From Bigelowiella natans CCMP2755 (lineage: Eukaryota; Protista; Cercozoa), in assembly GCA_000320545.1 (NCBI GenBank), contig ADNK01002208.1:1-64000 (forward strand): a stretch of DNA of 64,000 nucleotides, written 5' to 3'. Made by a program: the position numbers and the translations under genes. Positions within the stretch are counted from its first letter, which is position 1. The number at the start of each line of letters is the position of its first letter. The notes beneath the pieces are model-generated. The model was not told the DNA's origin. It saw only the letters and a list, made by a program, of their open reading frames with translations, and made no database searches. Of this stretch, positions 38,525-51,600 are shown piece by piece.

Positions 38525-39737
38525 TTACTCCTTCCCGCGTGGCGCGGTTTCAGTTGCAGTTGCTGCACCATCTGTGATTTCCGTCAAACTAATTTCCGAT
38601 GAAGATTTTACACGTTGAAGGCGAAGGGGTGCTTGTTTATAGAAGAATGCGGCAACGATGCACACGATGAGACAGAGTATTCCTTGAGGGGAAGCGTGTT
38701 TATCCCATATTAGGCAATTCACAACGATGGTAAGGAATTTGCACACGTTTCCAATGATTGAAAATCGAGTGGCAGACACCAACGACCTCGCCTGCCAAGA
38801 GACGTAACTCATTGCAATCCCCATAACACAAGAGAGTAGCAGAAAGCCAACGCCTGCTTTTGACCATTCCACTGCATGGGACTCTTTGGTCCAGAAGCCA
38901 ATCACAAGCAGCGGTAAGCACGGGATAAAGTTGGAGTAGAATACCCTTGTCCAATTCGATTTCACGACGACATTATCTGCCGCGTGCTTCAGGAAAATCC
39001 TAAGTTGATTAATTTAAACAATATTAAAGGAAACCAGCTCGTTAATTTAAACAAAATTAAAGGAAGCCAGCCCCCCCCCCCCCCCCCTTCTCACGCTCTT
39101 CATTTCCAACACAACTGCGTTAATATTAATTTTATTTTTTCAAATTTCATTACATGTCGAAGAGGAAGACCATGAACCACATTCCAACCCAAAAGTAGCC
39201 TTTAACTTGGAAAGACTTGTCACTTAATACATATCCCATGGCGCCTCCTCCCAGTACAAGCAAACAACAGGCTGACCGCCGATCTGGAAGGTGTCGGCCC
39301 AGAAATATATAGTCAAGCACACAAAGGGCCAACGGAGTGGAAGCGCGAAAGATAATGAAGGTCTCCACGTTGGCGTATTGAAGAGTCTTGATATTTGCAA
39401 ATATTGTTCCCAAAAATGCCATCGCAACGACTGAGAAAGGTTGCAAATGTGTTTTTGAAAAACGATCCAACTCCACGAGTTTGAAGATGGAGAGCAGCTG
39501 TACTGATGCAGCTGACATTGCGAGTTGGCATAGTAAGATGAAAGAAGGCGCCCGTAGGAAAGATATCGCCAGCTTGTTTACGATAAGCATCATGGATGAC
39601 ACGAGCATATAAACCGCAATCCATAAAACAGTTCGACTGCGGTCGCCGCCAGGCTTCTTGATTGCTTCATCGGTGAAGCAACATGAAGCCATCGACAACA
39701 TACTCGCAGCGGAGGGCCCTTTCACTCCAACCCCCAT
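38525..39737 (-). CDS. Golgi nucleotide-sugar transporter (GONST3/4, GDP-fucose/GDP-mannose type), 2 exons
   Basis: SSMMLIVNKLAI, LQYANVETFIIFRASTPL, NWTRVFYSN, SATRFSIIGNVCKFLTIVVN and IWDKHAS, with multiple TM helices. Confidence 0.85.
39009..39074. repeat. 33-bp tandem duplication in an intron
   Basis: TTAATTTAAACAA(T/A)ATTAAAGGAA(A/G)CCAGC occurs twice in tandem. Confidence 0.9.
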
Positions 39738-40164
39738 GAGTTGGTCTCTAGACTTTGATGATCCCTGCTCTGTGACTCCTCTATTCTTCCATCACTGCGG
39801 GGTCGTGTTGAAAGTTGAACGGGAATTGGAATGGTTTTTATTTCTTGACTTTATAATTTATATTTTATACCGAATATATCTAAATGAGATATACCGAAAA
39901 TATTCAAAAGAAAAGGTTGTATTTATTGTAGTAGAGTATAAAAATTTGGACCTATTATTGTCATCGGGAATAATCTCATAGATTTGCTTTGTCATCAAGC
40001 TTTTTTCGGAGTAGAAATCTGTTCTGCGAAGTCATCTCGAAGCACGTCACCGGAGAGATATCCGGAGATTAAGTTGTTGCAAATGTTGTACTAGTATTTT
40101 TTATGGGAATATTTTATAGGAATTATCCTGGGTAGGTTCAAGTATATTCCGAAAACGGGAATTG

Positions 40165-40204
<40 letters not shown>

Positions 40205-40247
40205 CTCTCTCCGCGAGAAGGGGCAACGAGAAACACAGTAAAGCGAT

Positions 40248-42292
40248 ATGAAACGTACTCGATCTCATCCAGCGCGCGGATGGGTTCTAGGTGAAGACGA
40301 GACCGTGCTTGTTTTCAAGTTTCTTTCGGCGAGGTCCTTATTGCAATTCGCCAGCACATGCCAGCTGTTCAAGCGAATCGCCACCAGCAACCGACTGTGG
40401 ACATCCTACGTTCAAAGGCCTCCCGTGGAAGAGGAAGGAAGGAGGTTGTACTATCCTTCGCTAGAAAGCTGTTTGATGAGAAATATATATTTTGAGCTCC
40501 TCAGAGCTGGAAAAATGCCATGGGACTGCGATGTGGTTGATTCGCAGTTTATGAGGGCCTCATCAACGGACCACGCGAGCCAAGTTCTTACCAATACATT
40601 GACTGCGAGCCCAAACTTCTGGTCGAGTACAGGGAGTGATCCAAGCAAGCCGGAGACCATCGTATTTTCTCTCGTCTCCCCGATCACGGTTGTTTCCTCG
40701 GTGTCAATCAAGCCTTATCGTGCATCTTACCAACTAGGACAGCCATGCTATGCTCCGAGATACGTTCGCATTAGTACAGGATTTAGCCCGGATAAAGCTA
40801 CATGGACATCTGCTCCAATGCCGTGTCGCAATGAACCCGTTCTACAGGTTTCAAGATAGCACACATACACGATCACCCACGTTTTCTAAAGCCATCATCA
40901 TAATCGTGACGGTCGTCATATTTTGCAGACGTTCGAAATATCTCCACGGATTGTATGTGGCTCTTTCATCAAGATAGAACTTCTCGAGCGATGCCAGACC
41001 CAACGCGAAGACAATCTCTACTATATCGTACTAGAAAGAGGTAGTGTCTTCTAACAAAGTCGAATGTTGTGTTGCGTAACCTATCTCCTCCATGTTTTGC
41101 ACTACCAGTTATTGTGAACGGAATACCACTTGGCGCACTCGTGAAAGATTTCCCAGGAACCTGTGAGGCATTGATAGAAGACTGTGTGCATCTTGGATAT
41201 GAGCCGCCTCCTCCAACTCGTCATTTCCCGGAGAAAAAGATGGCCCAGACAGCGAAGCCTTGGTGGCCGTTTTCTGGAGAGCAAATTCAGAACTCAGACA
41301 AAGGTTCTTCAACTCGTGACTCTTGCAAAAACCTGGCACCAACTATTGATAAAAAAAGTGTCCTGGCTGAGCTCGCCTCGTCTTCCCAAGATTTCGTGAA
41401 CGCGGCTCTCAGAAAGAAGAAACAAATGAACACAATACGAAGAAAGATAGAGGAGGGTGAATTTCGCAGGGCCGGAGAAATGATGGTTCAAACGCAGCTT
41501 CGTAGCGTCCAAGCGCGCGATACAGTGTGTCAATGGCTTCGGGCAAAACATCGAAAATGTGAGGAAATGAAGCAAGAATCTCGGAAGTTGGGCGAGTACT
41601 TACTTCCCTTTTTGAACCGACACGTGCGGCTCACCCAAGCAGAGTCGTACCTTTTCTTCGTGGCATTGATCGATGGCGGCAATCAACCTGAAGGCAGCAA
41701 CCGAGGAATTAGAATTTTAGAAGGCATGCTTCGTTCTCAAATTGCTTCCCCATCCGAGGAGCTAGGAGACTACTACATGCAACGAAAAGATTACTACAAA
41801 GCAGGGATGGTATATAGTATTTGCCAAGTACCAGATAAGATGTTCGATGTGTTGGTACACCAAGAATGCTACCAAGAACTAGCAAACATAATAGTCGATT
41901 CGAGTTTCTTTGCTATTGATGTGATACGGCGGATCTTGAAGCTGCACGCAAGGAAAGATGCGATCGCAACCGCAAAATGTATTTGCGACCGCGAAAGAGT
42001 CAGCCACAAGGAGCTTGTAGAAATTGTTGAAGTTTTGGGTCTTGATACGAATCAGGACCCGTGCGAAGTCATTAAAGAAGCACACCGTAGAGCATTTGCA
42101 AGGCCAGATCAAGAAACAAAAGAAGATAGTTTTGATGACTGCAAGATAATGAACACAGAATCTCACTCTGATTCCCATCGACGAGCTACAAGCAGCAATA
42201 TGGATGTTGGCATCAGCAACAATGCGAACAACAACCTGACGATGGAAATCGATGAATGTAGCGAGATGAAGACAGATGGAAGAAGCAGTTAA
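40248..42292 (+). CDS. F-box protein (At4g00755-like beta-sandwich domain) with C-terminal clathrin-linker-like region, 3 exons
   Basis: F-box LGEDETVLVFKFLSARSLLQFASTCQLF..LW, followed by ASSTD, FWSSTG, PETIVFSL and IELLERCQTQREDNLYYI. Exons at about 40248-40847, 40930-41041 and 41109-42292. Confidence 0.8.
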
Positions 42293-42569
42293 AGAAGTGA
42301 ATGTATATGGCATTGTGTCGTGCAACATATGCAATCCACAATAAATCTATGTAGAGAGGGATTGTGGTTGTGCGTCACCGTAGACTGTCACGCACCTTTA
42401 TCAGAACGGGAAGACTGCTAGAATGTACAGGAATGGTTTAGATTTGCCAGGTGCAATCAAATCAATTTTAGCATCAGTATCCATGCACTATAATTAGATA
42501 AATTCGTATTCAACATTGATTATTGTCATTACAAAATCACTCGGCACGTGAGTGTTATTAAACAAACTG

Positions 42570-42857
42570 TGAGACGGATGTAATGAGACAATTCTATGTT
42601 CTCAATGTTCATCCTAGTGCAGCTGTACGTGTTACAATAGATCATCAATGCGAGAAGGAAGCACGCACTGCTGCGCGAGCATGCACGCCATTATTCAAGA
42701 CCGAAACAAAATACATTCGATTGCATGAAATGTAACACATCATAGCGGAACACCAATAGATTGAACGTTAGTGCTGTACATATAGCCGCTGCATTGCACA
42801 GCTACATGAGGATGATGACCAATGAACAAATTTAATTTGATTCATTACATCCGTCTA
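42570..42857. mobile_element. MITE-like non-autonomous element, about 290 bp, with about 60-bp imperfect terminal inverted repeats
   Basis: Left end TGAGACGGATGTAATGA is the reverse complement of right end TCATTACATCCGTCT(C)A. A second partial copy lies at 19741-19819. No ORF and no clear TSD. Confidence 0.72.
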
Positions 42858-43424
42858 GCTGTCTTACATCCACAACTTGGTCAAAAGCGCACGCATTTTC
42901 ACAAAAAATGAGTTTTATTTCTCGGCAATAACCAGATGTCGGGTGGAGCTGAGGTTGGGCGCAATCGAGCGCCATGCTATGCTGGCATGGTTGCGCTCTT
43001 CAAAAGGAACCAATCACATATTTTTCTAACTGCGTTGGGGTCGCATCATTTTTCGATGAAAATGCAGACCATGCTCATTTCCCCTCCACCCACGTTCGCC
43101 CATTGCAGCGCGGGCGCTTGCGTGCACGCGCTGCTGAGTGAAATCGATCGCAGAATCATGCAAGTGACATGTGAGAGCATAACAAATGCAGGCGTCATCC
43201 ACAAAACATCAAACATACATTGTGTGAACCATGAGAAAAATACTGCAATATCAAGTGCGTAGAGACTAAATAAAGGATCATTCTGGTGCATTAAGTTAAA
43301 TAAACAATCGATCTTATGCATGAAGAACCATCATCATAGAACGTTCTTCTATGAAAGATGCTACGCGACCCTACTGCCTTTCCGTAGTCTAGATTACTTA
43401 CCAGGAAAAATTGCCTGATTCTAA

Positions 43425-46400
43425 TTAGGTTGGCTTAGGTGGAGAGAATCGGAGATCTTTGATGGGATTCACAGAGCAATATGCTCTCATGGTTGAAAAT
43501 ACAAAGTTGTTTACACTCCGAGTATACTTGGCGTTCCTCATAAATTGTTCCAGCGCTCCTGTTTGAAGCATACCTGTGTTCATCTTTTGGGAGCTTTGAG
43601 GCAATTTTTTGAGCTGATCCGCGGTAAGCCCTAGTTCCTTCGTTAAATCGTCGGCTTCGGCTATACTCAAAATGTGGTTGCAAAGATCTAACATTTCGAA
43701 TCGAGCAGAATATCCTAGTAGATGAACAAGAGCGCAACCCCCCCAGGCAAAACCGTCTCCTAATAAAGCATGCTCCTCGAATACTCTCTGGGTTTCCTTG
43801 CCGTCCATCTCCTCTTTTGGAGAAACGCAAAACAGAAACTGCGCGACGCTGAAAACTCGGGCAAAATCGCTGCCACTGTGTGTGTCCAAAACACCGTTTG
43901 CTGGCTCAGCTCCATCAAAAACTTCAACAGTTTCTAAAATATCACTAACTCTCCTAAGGGTGGCCGCAAAAATAGATGGTGTAGGTTCGATATTGCATTT
44001 CATGTATCTTTCAGTCTTGTCCATATTAGCTTTGATTTGCTGTTGCATAAGTGATCCGCCCCCCAATTTCTCGTACACCTTGGAAACTACAGAGTGAAAA
44101 GGGGATTCTTTACCCTCCTCATACTGGAAAGGAGTGAGAGGAATTTGCCCCTGAGCCGGTGTCGGATGGGGCTTCACAGCAGTGTAAAAAGCAACTTGGC
44201 TAAACCTCAAGTCATTTCGTTCATTCATGCACGATTCCAGGAGATGTACAAAAGCAAGAGAATTGCCGATTTCTCTTAGCGATTGAAAAAATAAGCTCTT
44301 CAGCGCAGACCAAGATTTGACAGCCTTAACTAGATTATTGTTTAGCAGGCCTTGATACGCTATCGAAGGGCCCATGTGAGAAGGAGGAGGCGCAATCGGT
44401 GCCTTCTGAAGAACAGCTTGGACCTTTTCCATACTTGGCATCAAGACTCCTCCCAAATTGCTTTCGATTTGCCCAATAATTTCCTTTATGATGAACGGAA
44501 TATCTGACGGGTCCAAAATGTCAAGCAGGGCATGGACGTGTTCTGCCCCAAAGTATTTCTTGGATCCTCCTTGTAAATCAGAGTTGGGGATATGGAAGTT
44601 GTGTCCATGCCAGTAGTACTTCTCTAATCTCACCTTCCTCACTTCCCTTTCGTGCTTTCTTGCATGGACTATCCCGGACACAAAACGTCGCGTTCCGCTG
44701 CAGAAAGTCCAATTAGGAAAAATCTCGTTTGTCAATTCGTCCGCAATCTGAAGAAAAATAACAATATGTGTATCAGGCCCAAACCTGTAGTAGTACGACA
44801 GAAAAATATACCTGTGCTGCTATTTTGCCGCAACCTTGCGTCAATGAAACTCTTCCATCATATTCCTTGAAAATGGTATCGAAGGAGTCTAATGGAAGGT
44901 GTTTCGATGCTAACGCGTGGGCTAATCTCGCATTATCCAGGTAAGACTTAGCTTCAATTGCGTAACTTAATGGTTGGGACTCGAACTTCTGCAATATTCC
45001 GCTGTATGGATATAAAAACGATGAGTTATAAAGAAGAAAAAGACACGAGTATATGGGGAAACATACCTGATATTCTTGCGAAATTTCTTGAGGACGTACT
45101 GGCCAAGGAGGACTTGGAGATTTACCACACGACCCAGCAATCTTACAGTTTGCTGCGACATCAATGTTGTATATCGACTCACAGGCACTTTGAGGACACC
45201 TTGTCTAAATTTTTCGAACGCCATCTCCAATCTGTTATCGAGGAGAATGCTTCCGGCTAGTGTTTTGAAATATTTGAATATCTCATTGGATAAATGATGC
45301 AGTAGTTGATCAAAGGCCAGGTTGACTTCAGCTTCAATTTCATCAAATAGATAACGCTGATCCAGGTAGTCAAGAGCAAGCTCGGCAGCATCATTGTAAA
45401 TTTCCATTGGATAAAACATGTTCTCTTTCATTTGAACGCCTTTGATGACAAACTTGGTAAGAATCCATGGCATGGACATGTCGATTGGGAACTGAGGCTG
45501 CTTCGTCATGTTCAGGTAAAACTCTCTGTACCACAAAAAACTCAAATCCATTGCTTGGCGTAGGGACTGTTTGAAATTTAGCACGTATTGAAAAAAGAAT
45601 GCATTGTCATAAATCTTCAGCCATTCCTCCTGCCATTCTTTTTTCAAATCGCGTTTTCCAAAAAAACCGCCCTTATTTCCTTCCGCTCTTTCACTGCAAA
45701 TGAAATTCATCATCCTGCGCATCAACACCACTTGATCAACCGAGGGAGGTGTAAATCGCCCTGGAAACTTGTAATCGATCTGCATTATTTCCTCTTTCTT
45801 CTGTAGATAATCATTTCCTCTTTCAGCACCAGGGATATAGTCGGCACAAATGTGTCGCATTCTTTTCATGATCTCTAATATATGATTCCTTTTGGCTTTG
45901 TAGGCTTTCCTCATTGGCCGGGTGAGCATTGCATGTACGAAAGATTGCATGACATCGTGGATATGTCTCCAGCATAGGTCAATGAAGATAGTCTCAGATT
46001 TCTGTAGTAGGGAGCCAAGCCCCTTTACCATTCCAATCACGTCCACAAGGATCGACAATTCAGTCTTACTGTAAGCGAACAGAACTACTTTCTCGTACTC
46101 ATTCCCCTTCCCTCCACTCCCTCCCTTGCTTTTATATTCTTGATCGTTGACTGGGAAAGCGTATTTGTAGGAACTTTGCATTCGAATTTGACTGTTCCAT
46201 TTCGATATCAGTTGTAGACCTTCAAGTACCGTCTGGTAAGTTTCGCTGCACAGTTCCAAGTTGATCTTTTCTTTGAAGTCCGATTCTTTCTTCAGAGTTC
46301 GGATCCGATTAATGAGAGAACAAAACTTTGAAGTGTACGAACTGTACGCGGCTCTAATCTCCTGTCTTTTGTTCCCATGAAGCATGTAGTGGTCCTTCGT

Positions 46401-46869
46401 TTTCTTACTAGAATCGTCAATTTGGTCTCTTTGAGTATCAGTCCAATGTTGGCATTTGTTCAGATCATACTTAATTTGAATCTGCATATCTCCAAAGAGT
46501 GGAATCACAGGAGTCTGCTTAAACAACGTCATAACGAAAGAAGCGCCTTTCTCTCTGAACGCATTCACTCCCTTTTTATTATCTTTCTCTGCGTCTAAGA
46601 TGTACATCAAATATACAATAACACGGTATTGCATATGCTCTTCATCAGGAAGAACAAATCTTCTTGTCTCCAGGGTCTCCTTGCAATGTTGTAGCAGCAT
46701 ACAGATGACATCGATTGAGTTGTCCACTTCCTCAATATTCTTTTTCGCTGACCAAATGATGAGCCCATGCGGATGAGAAGGATTGCATAAGAAACCCTGG
46801 AGATTAAAAATTTCCGTTTCCAATTCCTTCTTGTTACCAAGCAAGCCACCGACCAATTGAACCGCCCTG

Positions 46870-46950
<81 letters not shown>

Positions 46951-47789
46951 TAAGCTAGCCTGAGAATCAATTGTAATGGCGTGTGATGATCTTTAACCTT
47001 TTATAGCGTGCGAAATCGTTCACCAGGTTTGATTTCATATCTTTGAGTTTATCCAGTTTTATGAGAACATCCAGCAGTCTCACAATAAGATCCAATTTAA
47101 GTTGGGACTAAGAAAACAACTTAAATAAGGGAATATAATTTCACTAATATATATAGCATTACATGAACTTCCTTTTTCTTCTCTGCCTGTGTCAGACTTT
47201 CAATCAGATCTTTAAATTTCTTCACAGTATCTTCATGGTATTGCCTCAGATCGCTTAATTTCTTTATTTCTGGTCTGAATATATTAAACTCCTTCTGGTA
47301 GATTTCATCCTTTACTTCTTTTGGAGTGTCAGCATTTGTCTGTGGCAAAGAGGACTTAAGTTTTAACAATTACACAATGTTACGGCAAATTTGATACCTG
47401 AACATCCTTCAATGCTTGCGAACAGCTTCTGAACGTGTATAGCATGGCAACAAATTTTTCGCCTCTTTCCAGAATATCCCACTGTTTACACATTCACTAA
47501 TCATACAAAATCACACATTTTGGTTCATCCTCATACCACTTCTGAGAATTCTTTCAATTCGGAAGCGAAGTCTTCCTTGCCAAACTTCGTATCGAAAGCT
47601 GAAGCTGAGAGGTATTTAGTAGATTTCCATCCCGAATCGTATGTGACTGCTTCATTTGGAACTTCAATATTGGGGGATCCCGTCTCAATGGCAATCTTTT
47701 CATCCAATTTCTGATCACAAAAACCATAAGAATTCTGAAGTTCATGGAATCAGGCGCATTACCTTGACATCATCCAGAAGCTTTGACAT
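43425..47789 (-). CDS. CYFIP: CYFIP/Sra1/PIR121, WAVE (SCAR) complex subunit
   Basis: MLYTFRSCS, PVIPLFGDM, DLSFLWYREFYL..QFPIDMSMPWIL, YNDAA..QRYLFDEIEAEVNLAFDQ, LREIGN and GDGFAWGGC. Start MSKLLDDVK at 47789 is tentative. Confidence 0.95.
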
Positions 47790-48601
47790 CTTCTACTTCT
47801 GAGTAAAGATCCTGATTGAAGAAGGTACCTACCACCCTTTGCGTGGCCCTAAAATGTGGAGTGTTTAGAAGCCACTGGAGAGTAAATTCGATTGACGTAG
47901 GGAGCGCTTGTGCAAAGGCGAGACAATCTCTGAGAGCCGGGGAGAGATATTTGCGGATTAGTGTAGATTATGACGAAAAAAACTGAAATCGGAAGGAAAT
48001 GGCCTCCATTAGGTGACTTAGATGAAACAGAGACTCGAGCTACCGATGGAGAAATCAGCGAACCAAGTTCTCTAAGATAAAGCTTTAAGATTCGAAACTG
48101 ATATTTATATCTAATCGCAGGTTAAAATGATATTTTTTGGTTCAAAATGACTAAACATATCAGACTTAAAGTAAACTTAAGTAGTCAATTTGTGAGCTTT
48201 AGTACTGAAACAGTTGATTTCCTTTTTACCAGAGATTTCTTGGAGATCGTAAGGCTGGGAAATCGAGGTCACGCCACAAACACCCTCCCTCCAATTTTCG
48301 AGAAAAATATATTTCTAAAAATGGCCTAGAATTTAATTAGAATGTGTCGAGTATGGAGGCAGTTTGATGAAAAACAGGACGAGATGCAGGGAGGAACCGA
48401 ATGGAGGACAAATTTTTTAGCCGAGATCGCTTGCACATAGAAGGCTCTGCAACGACTCAAGCAGGTTTCGCTTCCTTCTCTCCAAAATAATATACTCTAA
48501 AGTTAATTTTGACTGTTGTAATGCGCTAAGAAAATAGCCCCGTGGCACAAAAAATTGAAGACCGATCGAAGGAGCTCCTACTGTAGGTGGAAATTGATCC
48601 A

Positions 48602-51600
48602 ATGGGGGCCACCGAGTCCGCAGAGCAAAAAATCATTCATGCGATGAGCTCACATGGGGAATCCAAAAGATGTGAAGACCCGAATTGGAAAGAGTAATCC
48701 ATATTCGAAAAAAATCTCGATGATTCGAAATGATTCTCATGATTTAAATATGATTTCTATGTGAAGGCCGTTCATGAAATTTGTGAACAATATCGGAAGC
48801 GACGATCACCAGGTAGTCTTACTACCATCAATCATATGTCAACCCCATTTCTTACTGAAGCTCATTAGCTCGCGACGTTCAAGACGAATCCTCGCTTATT
48901 GAAAAGCGTTCTTTGGCTTCTAGCAGAAAAAATTGATGAGGTAAATTTTAAGATCACAATGTAGATATAGCATGATCCCACAATTATCGTACAGGAGGCT
49001 ATTGAAGACGAGCTTATATTACTTTTGGAGACATGCATTCGACTTCTCGCAACAAAGGGAGTGTACCAAGCAATATCGGGAGCAAAGCTTGACGCTATTT
49101 TTCAAGCAATACGTCACAGTTCATCAATGTAGTTATTATCATTTGGCACCCATATGCAAAAATAATACTTTCCTCTTTGCTGCTAGTGTTAGACTATATA
49201 GCGTTAAAGTAGCTGCTCGAATCATAACTTGCCCTGTTCGGGACCTTGAGGTGAAACAATAAAAGATAGCTATGATGCACATTGTGAGTCAGGCGATTCT
49301 TTGTTTTGAAAGGTGTTGAATTCAAAGTGGCAATCAACAGCGCGATTGAAATTCTTCAAGTCAAAGTTAGTTGTAACAATTTTGATCGAACTCGCGACTA
49401 AAGAAGAATCTCCATTAGGGGTTGTGACGTGCTTGCAGAAATCCTTGAGAAGGAAACAAGTAGGAATCCCTAGAACAATAATGTCGTCTCAATATATGAC
49501 TATTCCAAAATGTATACAGAAGATAATAACCCTTCAAGCAAGGAGATAATATCGCGAATACTGGACATTCTGACGGCGGTATTCCAGGACACTGGTTGGC
49601 GCTCTATTTTTTAGAAAACCTTGTGTATGCCCTCATCCTCTTGCATCACATAGCATCCAGCGGATGGATCATTATCCGAAATGCACTTCGATCCCTTAAA
49701 AATCATCATGGAACCCTCTTTCGTTTGTGCGTCGGGTTTGATCTACCACTCAGACGGAAGGTAGTGGAAATTGTGATTTGAAGCTTCATTCGGGTTAACA
49801 GCATTTCGATCAGGCTCTTATTGTTACCCAAACCGTCATTCTACATTCTCATAAGAGAGAAGCGCGAGAAATTCAACTAGAGGTTAGTTAAAATCATTTG
49901 AAATAATCAAAGAGATCTGTTAAGAAGATGGAAAAACGCATCGCGCATTGGAGGGAGCTGATTCACATGTTTCAGGCTTTGAGATCAGGAGCATGGTTAT
50001 GGCTATTCTACCAATCAATTGATACAAGCCAGGAAAAAGGTGATTTCCCATAAGAATTTTAGTCTTTGTCGATGATTTTTACGTACATTTCAGAACCCCA
50101 TCGCAAGATCTTCGATAGAGAATCTCTTGCAGAAGCACGAAACTTGCTTGGTCTTCTAACCGATGGCAACGACGCAGCATTGGCGATGTACGCATCGACA
50201 CAGTTTTTTTGTTTTGACTTACGAACATTACTAAACGGTCATTAACGTACAGAATCCGGAGATGTTTGCCGAGAGCATTCCTTATGCCAGAAATTCTATT
50301 TAGAGTTCATGAAAACCAGGTCGATTTTGTTCATTCTTTCAAATACTTCAGACTCTATTAATTACATTTAATTTAAAGGTGTGGTTTGATTATGGACAAG
50401 CTTCTGGAGAGTATCATCGAGAGATAGAATCGTGTCGCTGGTACTGCTCACCTCTTACCAACTTCGTTCCATCGACAATTTAAAATGTCCACACCATACA
50501 GGAAGGAATATGACAACATCAAACTACCAAGGACCAACTGGGCTGCAGTTATGCCCTGCCTGGTGAGTCGTTTTGCAGTGAACATTTCGTAAGAGTATCA
50601 CTTCGTTAGCTATGAGCCAGAGTGATTATTTTGTAAGAGGGAATTCATTCACTTATCCATAAGATTTCCTTCCATATATCATTATATAAGTAAATTGGAG
50701 TTGGTTTTTAAAATGTTCCGGTAAATTATCATAAACCACATTCTCACATTCAGGAAAAGGAAATTCAAAGACCCGACATAATATGGACTAATAAAACGAA
50801 AGTCATTTAACTTCTGTCTTGCACACTAGGAAACCAACTGAAACGCTTACATCCCGTTTTTCTGCCTTAGGGCGAGCTTCTGGACGCCATTGCTAAGGAA
50901 ACTGATGAGTTAGATGTAATGACGAAGGTTTCATCGCATTGCAACTGGGACTACCTCGGCTTTGAGGTGCTCAACGTTCAATGATCTTTTTCGAATTTTG
51001 ATATTGACTAGATTCCATGAACAGGTTATCTACCCGTCGCTTGCCGCAGAGCTAAGAATTAGCGGTTTATATATAAGGTAGTTACTTTAGCGAGCAACGA
51101 GCAAAAACCGATGGAAGTTCTCACTATCATCTTTCAGGACTTTATTGCCAACCCTAGCAACGGCTTGTACAATTGATCCAAAGTTGCCAAAGTATTTTCC
51201 GAACAAGGGAAGAAAAGATGATCCGCTAGATTTTGATGGTCTCATCCCTAGTTTCTCATACATCACAATATCTTCCTTGACATTAAGTTTTGCAGTCAAT
51301 ACAATACCGCCCGATTTTTTGTCCAAATTCTCGCACAAGCTCTGCAGGTAATTTTGACGCGTAAATAAGTCATGCATGGGTAGGGATAATGTTTGATTGG
51401 TGCAAGACAGATCCTAAAACATGCGCGTACACACACACACACACACACAAACACAAACACACACTCGCAGTATAAGTATCCGTGAATATTATAATATATA
51501 TATATATATATATATATTTAATATTCAAACTAATTTATTGCAACAGACACATTTTTCTTGAAGAGAATTCACATCGGCAACTCGCCTGCCTCCAGGTAAC

